A stretch of DNA of 44,793 bases from Raillietiella orientalis (Eukaryota), in assembly GCA_036172245.1 (NCBI GenBank), contig JAYWIR010000012.1, forward strand, positions 4,464,001 to 4,508,793, written 5' to 3'. Made by a program: the position numbers and the translations under genes. Below, piece by piece: positions 12,925 through 25,124 of this stretch; the first letter of the stretch is position 1; each line of letters opens with the position of its first letter. Below the pieces are notes generated by a model. The model made no database searches. It was given only the letters and a program-made list of their open reading frames with translations, and was not told where the DNA came from.

Positions 12925-15900
12925 TCATGTGTCTTCCTTAACCTCGATAGCTTTTGTTACTAAACGCAGACCATGCATATTCTGTATCTCATCTTTTAGG
13001 ACCTGAAATATGAAAAGATGCAAAACGATGAGCAAAGATTGTTTCAGGCCGATCATCGCAAGTATTCAAGTTTCAATCTCAGACACATTCAATGCTATCA
13101 CACCATTAGAAATGTACAGAATTGCAAAGGCGGCAAAAGTCTTCCTTGCTTTTACATCTGAAAGATGTACTTAAATAAAAATGACAAAACTGATTATGTT
13201 TACAGATCCCCCAAGTACAGATCTCGTACCAGTTCCGTTTCTGGATCGTTTTCGTGCCCAACAAAAACTTGAAAACTAAAAATTTCTTGAAAAAAAAACT
13301 CTTAAAGATACGATGTTCAAGAACTAATGACGAATTTCTTGGAGACGCTAGATTTCAAATGTGGTTAAATTTGTGACCAAAAAAAAACTGGTGCTTATTG
13401 CATTGGTTGCAAGAAACAGCCAGGCAGTCTTCGGAAGTGAAGAAAAAAAAACAGCAAACACACGAAAAGGAAAACTCGAAGGGGCGTTGGATTTGGAATG
13501 AAAATGGCTGTATCCTTTTTGTGACACGTACAGTACAATCTGAGACTTTATGGAGAAGAAGAAGAAGAAGAAGAAGAAAAAACTGAAAGCATAGCTCAAA
13601 TATAGTTAGTGACTATTCCACACCGTATATATGGAAAAGCATAGCTCGAGTTTCTTTATTCACAGCCTTGTATGGCCGAAAAGACAGTCTGAGCAGCGGC
13701 TCAAGGGTGTGGCAAGAGACAGTTGTTTCCCGGCCAGAGTATCAGAATGTAGCTAAATTTTCCCGTAAACATTGATGAGACCAATGAATTCTCCCTTTTA
13801 CGGTTCAGGCACAGCACAGTGTTTTTGGAACAGCAGGCTTCTCAGGAATTTCAGAACGCAAGGCGGAAATGGGCATCATTACATTAGCTCATGGGAAACA
13901 CATCCACCAACTATCATTCCTCGCTTTACATTTCTGCATTGCAAACAACCAGTTGTGAGTTTACTAGATTACTATAACACAAAATTCCAACATACAGGAA
14001 ACTTATTGGAAAACTGATAATCAAAAAATTAGCCTATTGCATGCTTACTAAATCAGGTCACCGATTTCACCACTCTAAAAATTGCACGGATCCAAAAAAT
14101 GAAATAATTATCCAAATATCACAGAATCGAAATGCAGCACGAAGGAGGTTCAAAAAACAAGGCACAAAAACTAATGTGTGAAAGAAACAGCGTCAGAGAA
14201 ACTTGGAATACAATTGAGGCGTTTAAATCGAGTCCAAATACATCAAGTAGTAGTGCGTTCCTCCGAAAAGTGCGAATGCTGCTAGGAAAAGACATAAAAG
14301 TTCGAAAATTCTTTTCCAAACGAACACATTCTGAAGCTAACAGCCCCAATGACCCCCCACACAAAGTGGATTTACGAATTTACAGAAAGAAATGGTAATG
14401 GTAATTCAGAAAGCATGGTAATTCTTCATTTACCTCGTTTACCATTCTGTGCTGTTCGACCACACTTTTCTTCGAAAATTCTGAAGCTGCGATAAAAATC
14501 TGAAACATTGCACCACATCCTCCTATGGCCTTTTAGAAGAAAGAAGAAAATAATGCATTCGGGGTGTTACCAGATATGTCCTGAATTTCAACACTTTTAG
14601 CACCCGGGAAATGCTTCCTCAAGATGGCCGTCAATCTTGTGGTAGGAGATTCATTCTGAGTACACAGATAATTCTTGTGTTCAACACAGCAGCGATTTCT
14701 TGATGAAAGCAAACGGGGCTTGGCTAGACGTGCCCTTTGCTCCGAGCAGCAGTAATACTTGTGATTACTTCCTGCAAAAAATGGAAGTTAATAAATTTTA
14801 GCCAAATACATAACACAGGGGTTGATCAATCCAACGTCCATCAAAACTCGTTCCCCCCCCCCGCCTCACAAATCGCTCATCAAAATGCTCAGAAAGGAAA
14901 GACAAAAAAAAGAGAGGAAGGAGTAGCTCACCAAAGTACCACTGACTCTAACATAACGCAAGGTAAGCACTGAGACATGTCAGACTTCAAAGCACAGAGA
15001 TATGAAATACTATCCAAATCAAAAACCCATGGTACGAATCCCAAGAAAACCAAATAAAATAAATCAGAATTCAGACTGATGTATCTATTCAACAGTTTGG
15101 AATACGGTGATTTTGACACACTACTAGACGGACGCTTACCAAAGTACACGGTGGGATTCCCAGCTTCCGACACAACTGTTTCCTTTTAAGCAGATGGTTA
15201 CATCATGGGTGCTGTGTGTACACACACATACGCAACAATGAACGTGTACGCCTGAGCAGGTGAGGCCAACAAATGGCGTGTATACATACCTCCAAATACT
15301 TTTCATCTTCCTTTGATCTTGAAAATGCTTCAAAGAATTTGATTTCCCGATACCGTACTCAAACACAGCTGCATTTACGGGCAGGTCACCGTGCACACAC
15401 GCTGTCGTCGCTGTGCCATCCCCACGTTCCAGCAAAAAAAAAAAACCTTTCCTCATTCTCCGTACGCTTCGAATCAATTGATTAGGTATTCAGCAGGAGA
15501 TGCAGTCCAGAAATTACAACACCAAATCATGCACGTATCTTACAAATCAAACACGAAGAAGCGGCCTGATAAGAAATCTAAATTTTTTTCTGCAACATTG
15601 GACAACTGAAGGGTTCTTTCTTCAAGGGAAAATACGTGGCAGGTCATTGCAATGAAATGCAAAAAAAAATGACGATGATTGGGCTGCTGAGGCGAGGAGC
15701 AGTCTTTGCGGGAGCGGCTTCATAATGATTCGACGCATAGACATTTGAGGTTGGGAGCATGACCCAAAATGACCAGCAAACTGCACGTAGATCCGACACC
15801 AGGTACACGAATGCTTTGAACGAATAAATACAATTTAAATTGACTGATTGCATGAGATGGTTACGGAGTTATGTATATGTACCATAATTGTCCAACTGAC

Positions 15901-17961
15901 CTTTCTTTATTCTTTCCTTGTTTTGTTTTTCCCCATCCCCCGTGTCTCCGCACCGAACCCTAAGTGGCAAGTGAAAGAGAACTTTTTTCCCCCGTACATG
16001 GCAGAACCAAGTGTTGTACCACAAACATGTACATTCATTGCTTTAGATAATGAATGTCGCAGCAAAAGCGGACGAAGAACCATCCTTTATAAAGCACGCT
16101 CAAAGTAATTAAAAGAAGAGAAAAAGAATCTATAAGCGTCCACACACATTCAAGAAGTCGAAGATTTCAAGCCGACCAGCAAATCGTATTAATGCGGAGA
16201 TCAAAAGCTCAAAATGCGTGTCTTCGTCGCATCTCTTTCTCTGAAGAGCAAAAGACCCAAGACCCAAATCATCATTCATACACCATACCGATCTAAGGGA
16301 GTCGGATGGAATTTTATAGCTTCCATTTACATTACCACGAACGCCTACTTAGCTGCCTGCATACCTTTCCAATTAAACTTTTTGACAATTTCCTAAGTGC
16401 TGTATTCCAAAACTTGTTAGAAAGATTATGAGGGCGACCTTGTCGCACAAATGGAGAGTCAGCGAACGGGGAAAAGACTGAAAAAATAATCACAACGAAA
16501 CGGAAGTCAAGAAGAATCAAATCGATTTGGTGCCAGCAAAAGAACAAAAAGATCAGAGAGCGGTCAATATCAGTCAATACCCGGAAATTCGAAAAATGAG
16601 GTTTCGAACCTTAAGTTTTGGAATGGAGAACATTATGATTACGAGGTCTACACATGGCTAAAGAATTCGTAACTCCGTGAGAGAGTAATTCCTAATTATA
16701 CAATGATTCGGATAAAAATATGTCTTTTCTATTTCATTCAAACATTTCAAATGCCCACAGGGTTTAAAGCAATCATCATCAAGTTGGATTTTACAACAGA
16801 CTGCAGTAGGCTATTCTGCAGAAACAGACAGGGCTGCAATGCTGCTAATAAAAATCATCACATGTATTTGACAATCTTTCGGACAACCATGAGGAAGAAG
16901 GATAAGGAATGAGAAAGGAAGCAAGGAATTCCAAGAGCAATTCCATAATTGAGAACCTTTTTTAATAATAATTATCGTGGAACCCAAACCCAAAGAAATG
17001 GTCAACATAGTAAAGAAAAAAAAAAAAAATCAGCATGCATCAGTAACAAGTAAAACACCTGAAGAACAACATGCATTTACGGTTACAGATTAAGTACAGA
17101 AATTCCAATCGGAGGAGGACCAGTGGAGGATTTCCCAGATTTTACCGGGACTGTATTTTCTATGGGATTCCAATTCCGTTACGAAAAACACCAACCGAGA
17201 AAGTACATTAAGATCGCGCAACACTATTGCCAGGGCATGTGCTGCAAACAGTATTCGAAATGGTTTCTTTCGTTTTTTCTTTTTTTTGAAGACATTCAAA
17301 GAAGGTCAGTAGAAGAGGTTACGTTATCATTATGCTGCGTTATCTTATTTTATGTTTGCACGAGAGAATCAGTGTGCATGGGATCCGAAAAAAAAAAACC
17401 CTCTTCGCATCTATGTGTACGGAAAGCATTTCGAAACCACATGCGAACAGTGGTGCAAAATGCAAATACGCTTTAACGAATAGTTTAAATACGTTTTCCA
17501 ATGATAGAGAAGAACCGGAAATGTCAAGAAAAAAAAAAAAAATTCAAATTTCTTGCTCGGATATGCTCGCATAAGACGAAAATTTTCGATCGTAATGGAA
17601 CCGCCATCGGGGTGTGTACACGTATAAGAAAACCGCGTTGCATTTTGCTCTGTATAGCCAGTTTTGCACCTGCTCGTGATGGGCAAGTCGGCTAACTCTT
17701 TCACTTTGCAAAAAATCAGAGACGAGGTTTTTTTTTTTTTACTCCAAGGCAATTATTCTACCTCCGTCTCCCCCTTTCTTGCTCTCATGAGAAGCTGCAA
17801 CTCTAGATGAGCAATGACGTGTTCAGATTTTCCAAAGCATCATTTCCATGCGCCTTACCCGTGTTGAAAACAGGATAAAGACGCATGGTCTATGAGAATT
17901 TCATACAGATTCGAAGGGTTTAAGGGAAGTCATCTGTTTGCTCTTTTTATTCGCTGTGGAG

Positions 17962-17996
<35 letters not shown>

Positions 17997-18169
17997 TACA
18001 TTTGCCTGCTGAGGTTTCGTTTTCAATAGACAGCGTGCAACACGAGCCTTAACGTTACTCTTGCGTGCTTTCGTCCTTCAAATGATTTCGTACTGAAATT
18101 GCAGAACAAATTACCTGAAAACAGCGGCAAGAGTTTGGTGCCGTTGGTGACACGTCGGGCTGCATGCAT
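12925..18169 (-). CDS. BOLA3: BolA-like protein 3 (mitochondrial Fe-S cluster maturation factor), ~140 aa. Exons 18169-18115 (tentative), 14771-14571, 14522-14434, 13002-12925
   Basis: The spliced translation ...RLTAILRKHFPGAKSVEIQDIS|GGCGAMFQIFIAASEFSKKSVVEQHRMVNE|VLKDEIQNMHGLRLVTKAIEVKEDT* carries the BolA3 DISGGCG motif, QH-x-MVN and MHGLR. Introns are 3343, 48 and 1431 nt, all GT-AG. First exon MHAARRVTNGTKLLPLFS is phase-compatible and resembles a presequence, but is less certain. Confidence 0.9.
13555..13578. repeat. (GAA)8 microsatellite in BolA3 intron
   Basis: Read directly from the sequence. Confidence 0.9.
17963..17994. repeat. (CA)16 microsatellite
   Basis: Read directly from the sequence. 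Confidence 0.95.
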
Positions 18170-18867
18170 GGTCACCGAAACTTTTGCAGAAAAAAATGAC
18201 CTTTTAACCGTTCCCACCTATCACCGACGGCGTGACGAGGGCGAAAATTCTGCTCCACGTGTGACGGACGGCCGTGCCAACGGCTTGGCGTGCCACCGCG
18301 ACGTCGAGCACGCCTTGGCGTTTCGCGTGGGTGGCTGCCTTTTCTTCCAAAGTGTGAATTTCGTGAGAGCAGCCACGGATGTGCAGACCGGGCATTCGGG
18401 TTCTGCCACCGTTTGTCGTTCCAGCAGGACGGGAGCCGTGAAAGAGGTTTGCATCTTTCGAAATTTGTGAAGCCTTGTGGCCAGAGCACATCCACCCCCC
18501 GTCTCCAGAGATCAGCAAAGAATTACACACCCTCACATCAGCCAACGTTATAATCGATGGTGATTTCGGCTGTTTTGTCGGAATGCTTGCATAATTTTCA
18601 TGTTTTCGTTTCAGGGAACAAAATAGGTATGAGCTGGTTGCGTTGCTATGTACGAAGCATTTTCTTTTTAAAGAAAAATTGAAGATTTCCCTGCTAGCTG
18701 TTGTATGCAACCCAGTAACATTACATGGCATGGGAATGATTTGAAATTTTACGTTATTATGAACAACCTTTGAACAATATAATAAAGTGTGTATGTACTT
18801 GTGCCTACAAATTTTACCTGTTGCCCTTTAAGAATCAGCATCAGAAATACTGATTCGTTTTTGCTGT
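18170..18867. promoter_or_regulatory. Probable bidirectional promoter and 5' UTR region between divergent BolA3 and ATP9
   Basis: About 700 bp separates the two divergent ATGs. It contains a local GC/CpG-rich patch (~18130-18510) in otherwise AT-rich DNA. TSS positions are not determinable. Confidence 0.55.
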
Positions 18868-21800
18868 ATGGAAATCATGCCACTGAGAAATATTGGTTCT
18901 TTAAATGAAAGGAATTTCGATAATGACGAGATGTCATATCTTTTGGATTCAGAAGAACGCTCAGCGAAGAATCCCAGAAAGCTTCTAAGCAGAATTTGCA
19001 ACAGCGTGCAATCGTGGGGATTGAAAGTATTCTGTGGGTATGTAGGAACTTATGCTGGTTCTCTCGAAGTTTATAATAAAAGGATACTTAGCATGATAAT
19101 ATTTTGCTAAATGTTGTCAATGTTTTGTGTACACAGAGCAGTCCTGGTATTCAATAATTGTTGAAACTTATGCAATTCCTTTAAATAAATGAGTTTGTAT
19201 TCCTTGTATAAGTCGGTTACAAGTCAGTTGATGAAATCTTGCATCCATGCACCAAAGTTTGTGGGTTGTTTTTTTCGTTGTTTCATCTTTTCAATTTGTC
19301 TTGTTCAAGGTGTTAGTTTGCTTAGATTTGAATTTCAAAATAAAGTCGGGTTTTCACTTATTTTCCTATATTGCATTCAAAGGTGGTAAATAAATATTCC
19401 AGAACCTTTGGTGAAAAAGTATTTGATTATCAGGGATTTAAGTTTTCTCAATACTGGCCTGCTTCAGGAAAAAGGGATTGCTATAATAAAATGTTTAATT
19501 TGAAAGGCCTAGGTAATCAAATGACAAACGTCTCATGTATGTACCCAAACTCTTCAGAACATGTATAAAAGAACACAGATTGAAGCTGAATTCTTTCTGC
19601 ATGCTGATAACCCATCCATCTTCCTACTAGAGATATGGTGCCCTGTATTTGATATTGTGTAGGGTTTTCTGTAAACATATTTGGAATTGCATTTAAGTAT
19701 AATGTATCATGATTCATGCAATAATATTCTCAGTGGCTTTATCTGAAGAGTTTTTTTCATCTTACCCTTAATTCAGTACTAATGAACACCAACTAACGAA
19801 GGCATACGTAATTATCCTTTTGATATAACAAAATATGCTTACTTATTCATAGTTTCATTTTATTGCTTTGTGTATTTATTGTGCCATCATTTTTCATTTG
19901 TTTTCCAATCTATTTAAAATACAAGCGGTAATTATATGCATATCTTATTTTCAGACACTTGATAAAACAACCTTTATGTACATGTTTAACTCTATGTAGT
20001 TTTAGCTGTGTCATTGTGTGAGTACACTTGTACAAGGTTTATGAAAAATAATCCTAGTTTCAAACTTTCTTTCAAGCAACTGATAAGTTCTTTTTAATGT
20101 GCACATTTGTTCTCATAGGTAATGTAATTATCTATGTAAAGACTGAGTAGATATCCTGACATTTTCCATAAACATGTTTATGATTGTAAACCATGTCTCA
20201 TCTTTGGAATTCAGTGTTTCTTATGAATTGTTGCCATTGTTTTGTTTTATACCATACTGTACTTTTTAAAGTACTATTATTTGCATGTACTTTTATTTTG
20301 TACTCCCTTTTTGGTTCTTTTAAAATGTGAGAACATTTTAAAATGTTCTTTTAAAATGTCCTCACTATCTACATTAGAATTTCACATTCTGGATTTCTTC
20401 TAACCTGTCAAAGATTTTTTCTCCGATGAAATGCAACTTACATCAGCATCTGCATTTTCTTGCTCTTGCAGCCCAATCCATAAGCCTGTTTCCTTGTAAG
20501 AATTGCATTCTTTGAATGGCTTACTGCGAATTTTTATTATGAGCTTCTATCTTCCTGTGACATTCTCATTATTGCACTCGTATTCCTCAGTCGGTGTCAG
20601 TGATGAGCAAAGGATGTTTGAAATCAAATCACTTCATTAGAAATAGTCACCTCTTTAGGGTTTTTCATGAAGTTTGGAATATCAACTGATAGAATTGAAT
20701 TTCTTTTGTTTTCATTATGTTTAAACCTTAAGTGTCTCTCTGATGCTTTTTTTTTGTTTGGATCATTTAGTAGCTTCATAAATAATAGGTAAATGCTTCC
20801 ACAGTGCTTTTGGATATTGAAGACAGAACCTTTAATGGGTTTGGAATGGATTAAGTAACATGTATGCACCAACAAATGCTTTTGAAAAAGATGGGTACTT
20901 TTTGTTTTCTGAAGCTCCTCTTAGTAAAAAAAATCTGGTTCAAGTTAATTGCTTTGATTTTTTACACACAGTTTTTGCAACAATGTGTCCTGAGATCTGA
21001 ATTGTTTTGTAATTGAAAGTAATCAAAGGGCTCTGGGCTCTCCCTTTGATTACAGGTGATGTGCCTCTTGATAGTTATAGAATTAATTAATGGTTTCAAG
21101 GAGTGATTCTGTAATTATGTGATGTTTTTGAAATTTGATGAAATTACGGAAAATTTCATTTTATAGGAACATGAAAATTGTATGTTTAGAATCCATGAAA
21201 ACAAAATTGCTGCTGATTGCAGTGAATAAAAATTTCTTTTTCTTTTTTTACATTTTATCTTATAGCCTGGATTAGGTGAAAAAGATTTAGTGCTAATTGT
21301 GAATATGTGCTCATGCACTTTATGTACATTTCTTTGTAAATGCCTATTGCGACGTTCAAACAATAGTAGTCATAAAATGTAAAGTAATTAGATCAGACTG
21401 CACTCATTTGCAAAGATTTAGAAACAAAATTATTGAAGTGAAAAAGCAATGCGAGAATTGGAAAATGTAAGGTTGGGATTTGTAAAAAGTGTAAAAATAA
21501 CTAAGTGAATTAGCAAAAGTGTGACTTGAGCTCCCATATTTTTTTCTTATGGGACCAAAAATAATATTAGAATGGAAATATGATTTATTTTTTTTAATTG
21601 CCATTTGGATGCTTGATTAGAAGGTGCATTCATCATTTTGTTTACAGATTTGAGGAGTCAAAAATATTCAGTAAATCAAAATAAAAAAAGATTTTTGTAT
21701 TTTTAATTAACTTTCCTTTCTTTGTGTCATGGATTGCTTTTCTCCAGGTTGTGTATTTGGATGTTAAATGGTTGGAATAATAGGTTTGAATTGAAAGCAA

Positions 21801-24800
21801 GAAATATTGATATCGGAAAAGCCTGTGTTCACAATTTCCCTCCCAATATTATCCAAAACCAGAAATACAATTTGTTCACCTTTTTTCCATTGGTAAGCAG
21901 CTGTTTCAATTAATTTAATTAATTACAATTTTTTAGGTGCTTTTTCACCAGTTCAAGTTTTTTTTGAATTTGTTTTTTTTAGTAATGGCAGTATCCCAAT
22001 TTATTCCTGAAGTACGCATTGGATATCTGTATACATATTGGGGACCTCTGGTATTTTCTTTACCTTAAGCACATTGTTTATGCACATATAAAGTAGGGTT
22101 TTGTGCTTACAGTGACTATGATACGAGAAATGATCGATGATATTCGGCGTTATCGTAGAGACAGAGAGTTGAATCAACAGTGCTATCACCAATTAACTAG
22201 TGGTGGGATTGTTGATGTTCCTAGCAGTAGAATTTGCGTAGGGGATCTGATCATTGTTAAAAAGGTATAGCGGATTTACAAATAACACAATTCAAGGTTT
22301 ATGTACAAGGATCAACGTGTTCCTGCCGACCTTGTACTGTTACGTACTACTGAAAAGAGTGGTTCCTGTTTTATTCGCACTGATCAGTTAGATGGGGAAA
22401 CAGATTGGAAATTGCGACTGGCAGTTAGCCATACACAAGCTTTGAGTTGTGATCAGCAGTTGTTTAATATGGATGCGACTATATATGCAGAGAGGCCTCA
22501 GAAAGACATTCATGGATTTATTGGAACGTTTCAGCGGGTATTTTGATAAGATTTAATTCAAAAGACGTAACTTACGTAACATAGCGTGATGAGGCGCATG
22601 AGGATAGCCTTGGGGTAGAAAATACATTGTGGTCAAATACTGTTGTGGCTTCTGGTGTAGCTCTTGGGGTGGTGGTATACACTGGAAGAGAAACGAGATC
22701 AGTGATGAATAACTCAGCCATACGATCTAAAGTAGGCCTATTGGATTTAGAAATTAATAGACTGACAAAGGCAAGCACAGTTCATGAGTTTTTATCCATT
22801 TTGAAGTATTCAGGTACTCTTCTGTGCTGTTATCGGTCTGTCACTGGTGATGATGTGTTTACGAGGATTTTCAGGACTGTGGTATCGACATCTGCTAAGA
22901 TTTGTGCTTCTTTTTTCTTACATCATTCCCATTAGGTACGTAGTTTATCCTTGGAATTTTTAACTGTTTGATAGCCTACGAGTCAACCTAGATCTTAGTA
23001 AAGTTTTTTATTCTTGGACCATTCAAAGAGACCCTGAGGTGCCTGGAACAGTGGTACGATCCACCACTATTCCAGAGGAACTTGGGCGTGTCGGTTATCT
23101 TCTCTCAGATAAAACTGGCACTCTAACATGCAATGAGATGGCATTTAAAAAACTTCATTTGGGAAATCATGCAGTTGAGGATGACAGATGTGATTTGGCA
23201 GCAAGGCAGCTTGCTCACTTACACAGCTCTGATCCCTCCTCTCCACCATCTCCAGTTGTGCTTCGCTTAAATGAAGCTGTGAAAGCACTTGCACTGTGCC
23301 ACAATGTCACACCTGTAGATGATTCAGATGTAGAAGACAGTTTCTCGAAACCCTGTATGAGATCTTATCAAGCTTCAAGCCCAGATGAAGTGGCCTTGGT
23401 TTCTTGGGCTGAGAAAGTTGGAATCACTCTTCTAAGGAGAGATCTGACTGAGATGGAAGTGCAAATGCCCAATGGAAAAAGTTGTGTTTACACAATTTTA
23501 AATTTTTTTGCTTTCACCCCGGAAAGAAAGTGTATGGGAATCATCGTAAGGGTAAGTTGTCAAGTGGGAATTACAGGCATATAGTCTTTTCCAGGATGAA
23601 TCCACAAAACAAATAATATTTTACTTAAAAGGAGCTGACACTGTGATGGCACCCATAGTTCAGTACAATGACTGGATGGAAGAAGAAGTAAGTAACATGG
23701 CTCGAGAAGGCTTGCGAACTTTAGTAGTGGCTCGTCGATTTCTTCTGGCCGAGCAGTATGCTGAATTTGCGGTATTATTTTGATCTACACAGTATCATAT
23801 GATATGCCTTGCTATAGGATCGATATCACAGTGCTAAGTGCAGCATGAGTGATCGTCATACAAGAACGGCAGCAGTGTTAACAACCTTAGAAAGGGACAT
23901 GGAGCTGCTTTGTATTACTGGTGTTGAAGATCGGCTACAGCATAATGTGCGCCATACCCTTGAATTACTTCATGATGCAGGCATCAAAGTGTGGATGCTT
24001 ACTGGAGATAATATGGAAACTGCAACTTGCATTGCAATCTCATCATGCCTAGTGGCACGTTCACAACCTATCTATCGACTTCCCCATGTTTCTAATCGTA
24101 CAGAAGCTCACTTGCAGCTCAATGCATTTCGGCGTCAAGAAGACTGTGCTCTCGTTTTGGAAGGAGAATCTCTGGATGTTTGTCTGCAGTGCTATCAGCA
24201 TGAATTCATGGAGTTAGCACTTGCATGCCCTGCTGTGATTTGTTGCCGATGTTCTCCCACCCAAAAGGCACAGATTGTGCGCCTCATTCAGAAACATGGA
24301 CGCAGGCCAACTGCTGCCATTGGAGATGGTGGCAATGATGTCAGCATGATTCAGGCTGCTGATGCAGGTATTGGCATTGTAGGCAAAGAGGGTAGGCAGG
24401 CTTCCTTGGCTGCTGATTTCTCAATAACTGAGTTCAGGCACATAGGACGGCTTTTGTTATTACATGGACGACACAGCTATAAAAGGTCTGCCGCCTTAGC
24501 TCAGTTTGTTATGCACCGAGGTTTGATCATCTCTGTTATGCAGGCCTTTTTTTCTGCAACCTTCTATTTTTCTTCTGTAGCATTATATCAGGGATTCTTA
24601 GTAGTTGGTTATGCAACTATATATACCATGTTTCCAGTGTTTTCCTTGGTTTTAGATCATGATGTCACTGGACAGATGGCTATTTTATACCCTGAGTTGT
24701 ATAAGGAATTATCCAAAGGACGTTCATTAACTTTCAAAACTTTTTTTATTTGGGTTGCAGTTAGCATATATCAGGGTGGAGTCATAATGTTTGGTGCCTT

Positions 24801-25113
24801 GCAACTTTTTGAAGACGAATTTATACATATTGTGGCCATTAGTTTTACTTCTCTGATTTTAACTGAATTGTTAATGGTAGCTTTAACAGTGCGAACGTGG
24901 CATTATTTAATGGTGTTAGCACAATTTTTCTCAATCTTGGTGTATGTGCTCACTTTGATTGTGTTCAGGGATTTTTTTGATGCCCAGTTTCTAGTCACGT
25001 GGAACTTCGCATGGAAAGTAACTGCAATTACGATTGTTAGCTGCTTGCCTTTATACGTTGCCAAATTCCTAAGGAAGAAAATCTCACCTCCCACTTACAC
25101 CAAATTAACATAA
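18868..25113 (+). CDS. ATP9: P4-type phospholipid-transporting ATPase, class II (ATP9A/ATP9B/Neo1 family), 1060 aa. Exons 18868-19037, 21748-21892, 21937-22050, 22097-22264, 22310-22537, 22585-22770, 22814-22935, 22975-23551, 23595-23771, 23818-25113
   Basis: The spliced CDS is 3183 nt and in frame. Motifs: [17 protein letters not shown] (A domain), IIPISLRVNLD (TM4), DKTGTLT (phosphorylation site), [31 protein letters not shown], and C-terminal SPPTYTKL typical of ATP9. Introns are 2710, 44, 46, 45, 47, 43 (GC-AG), 39, 43 and 46 nt. Confidence 0.97.
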
Positions 25114-25124
25114 TATCCATCATT

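Noticed and set aside
18099..18731. Overlapping ORFs on both strands
   Set aside because: They lie in the GC-rich promoter/UTR patch between BolA3 and ATP9, and no motif is recognisable.
20600..20690. C/D-box-like pair (GTGATGA...CTGA) in ATP9 intron 1
   Set aside because: No convincing terminal stem and no recognisable rRNA or snRNA guide sequence.
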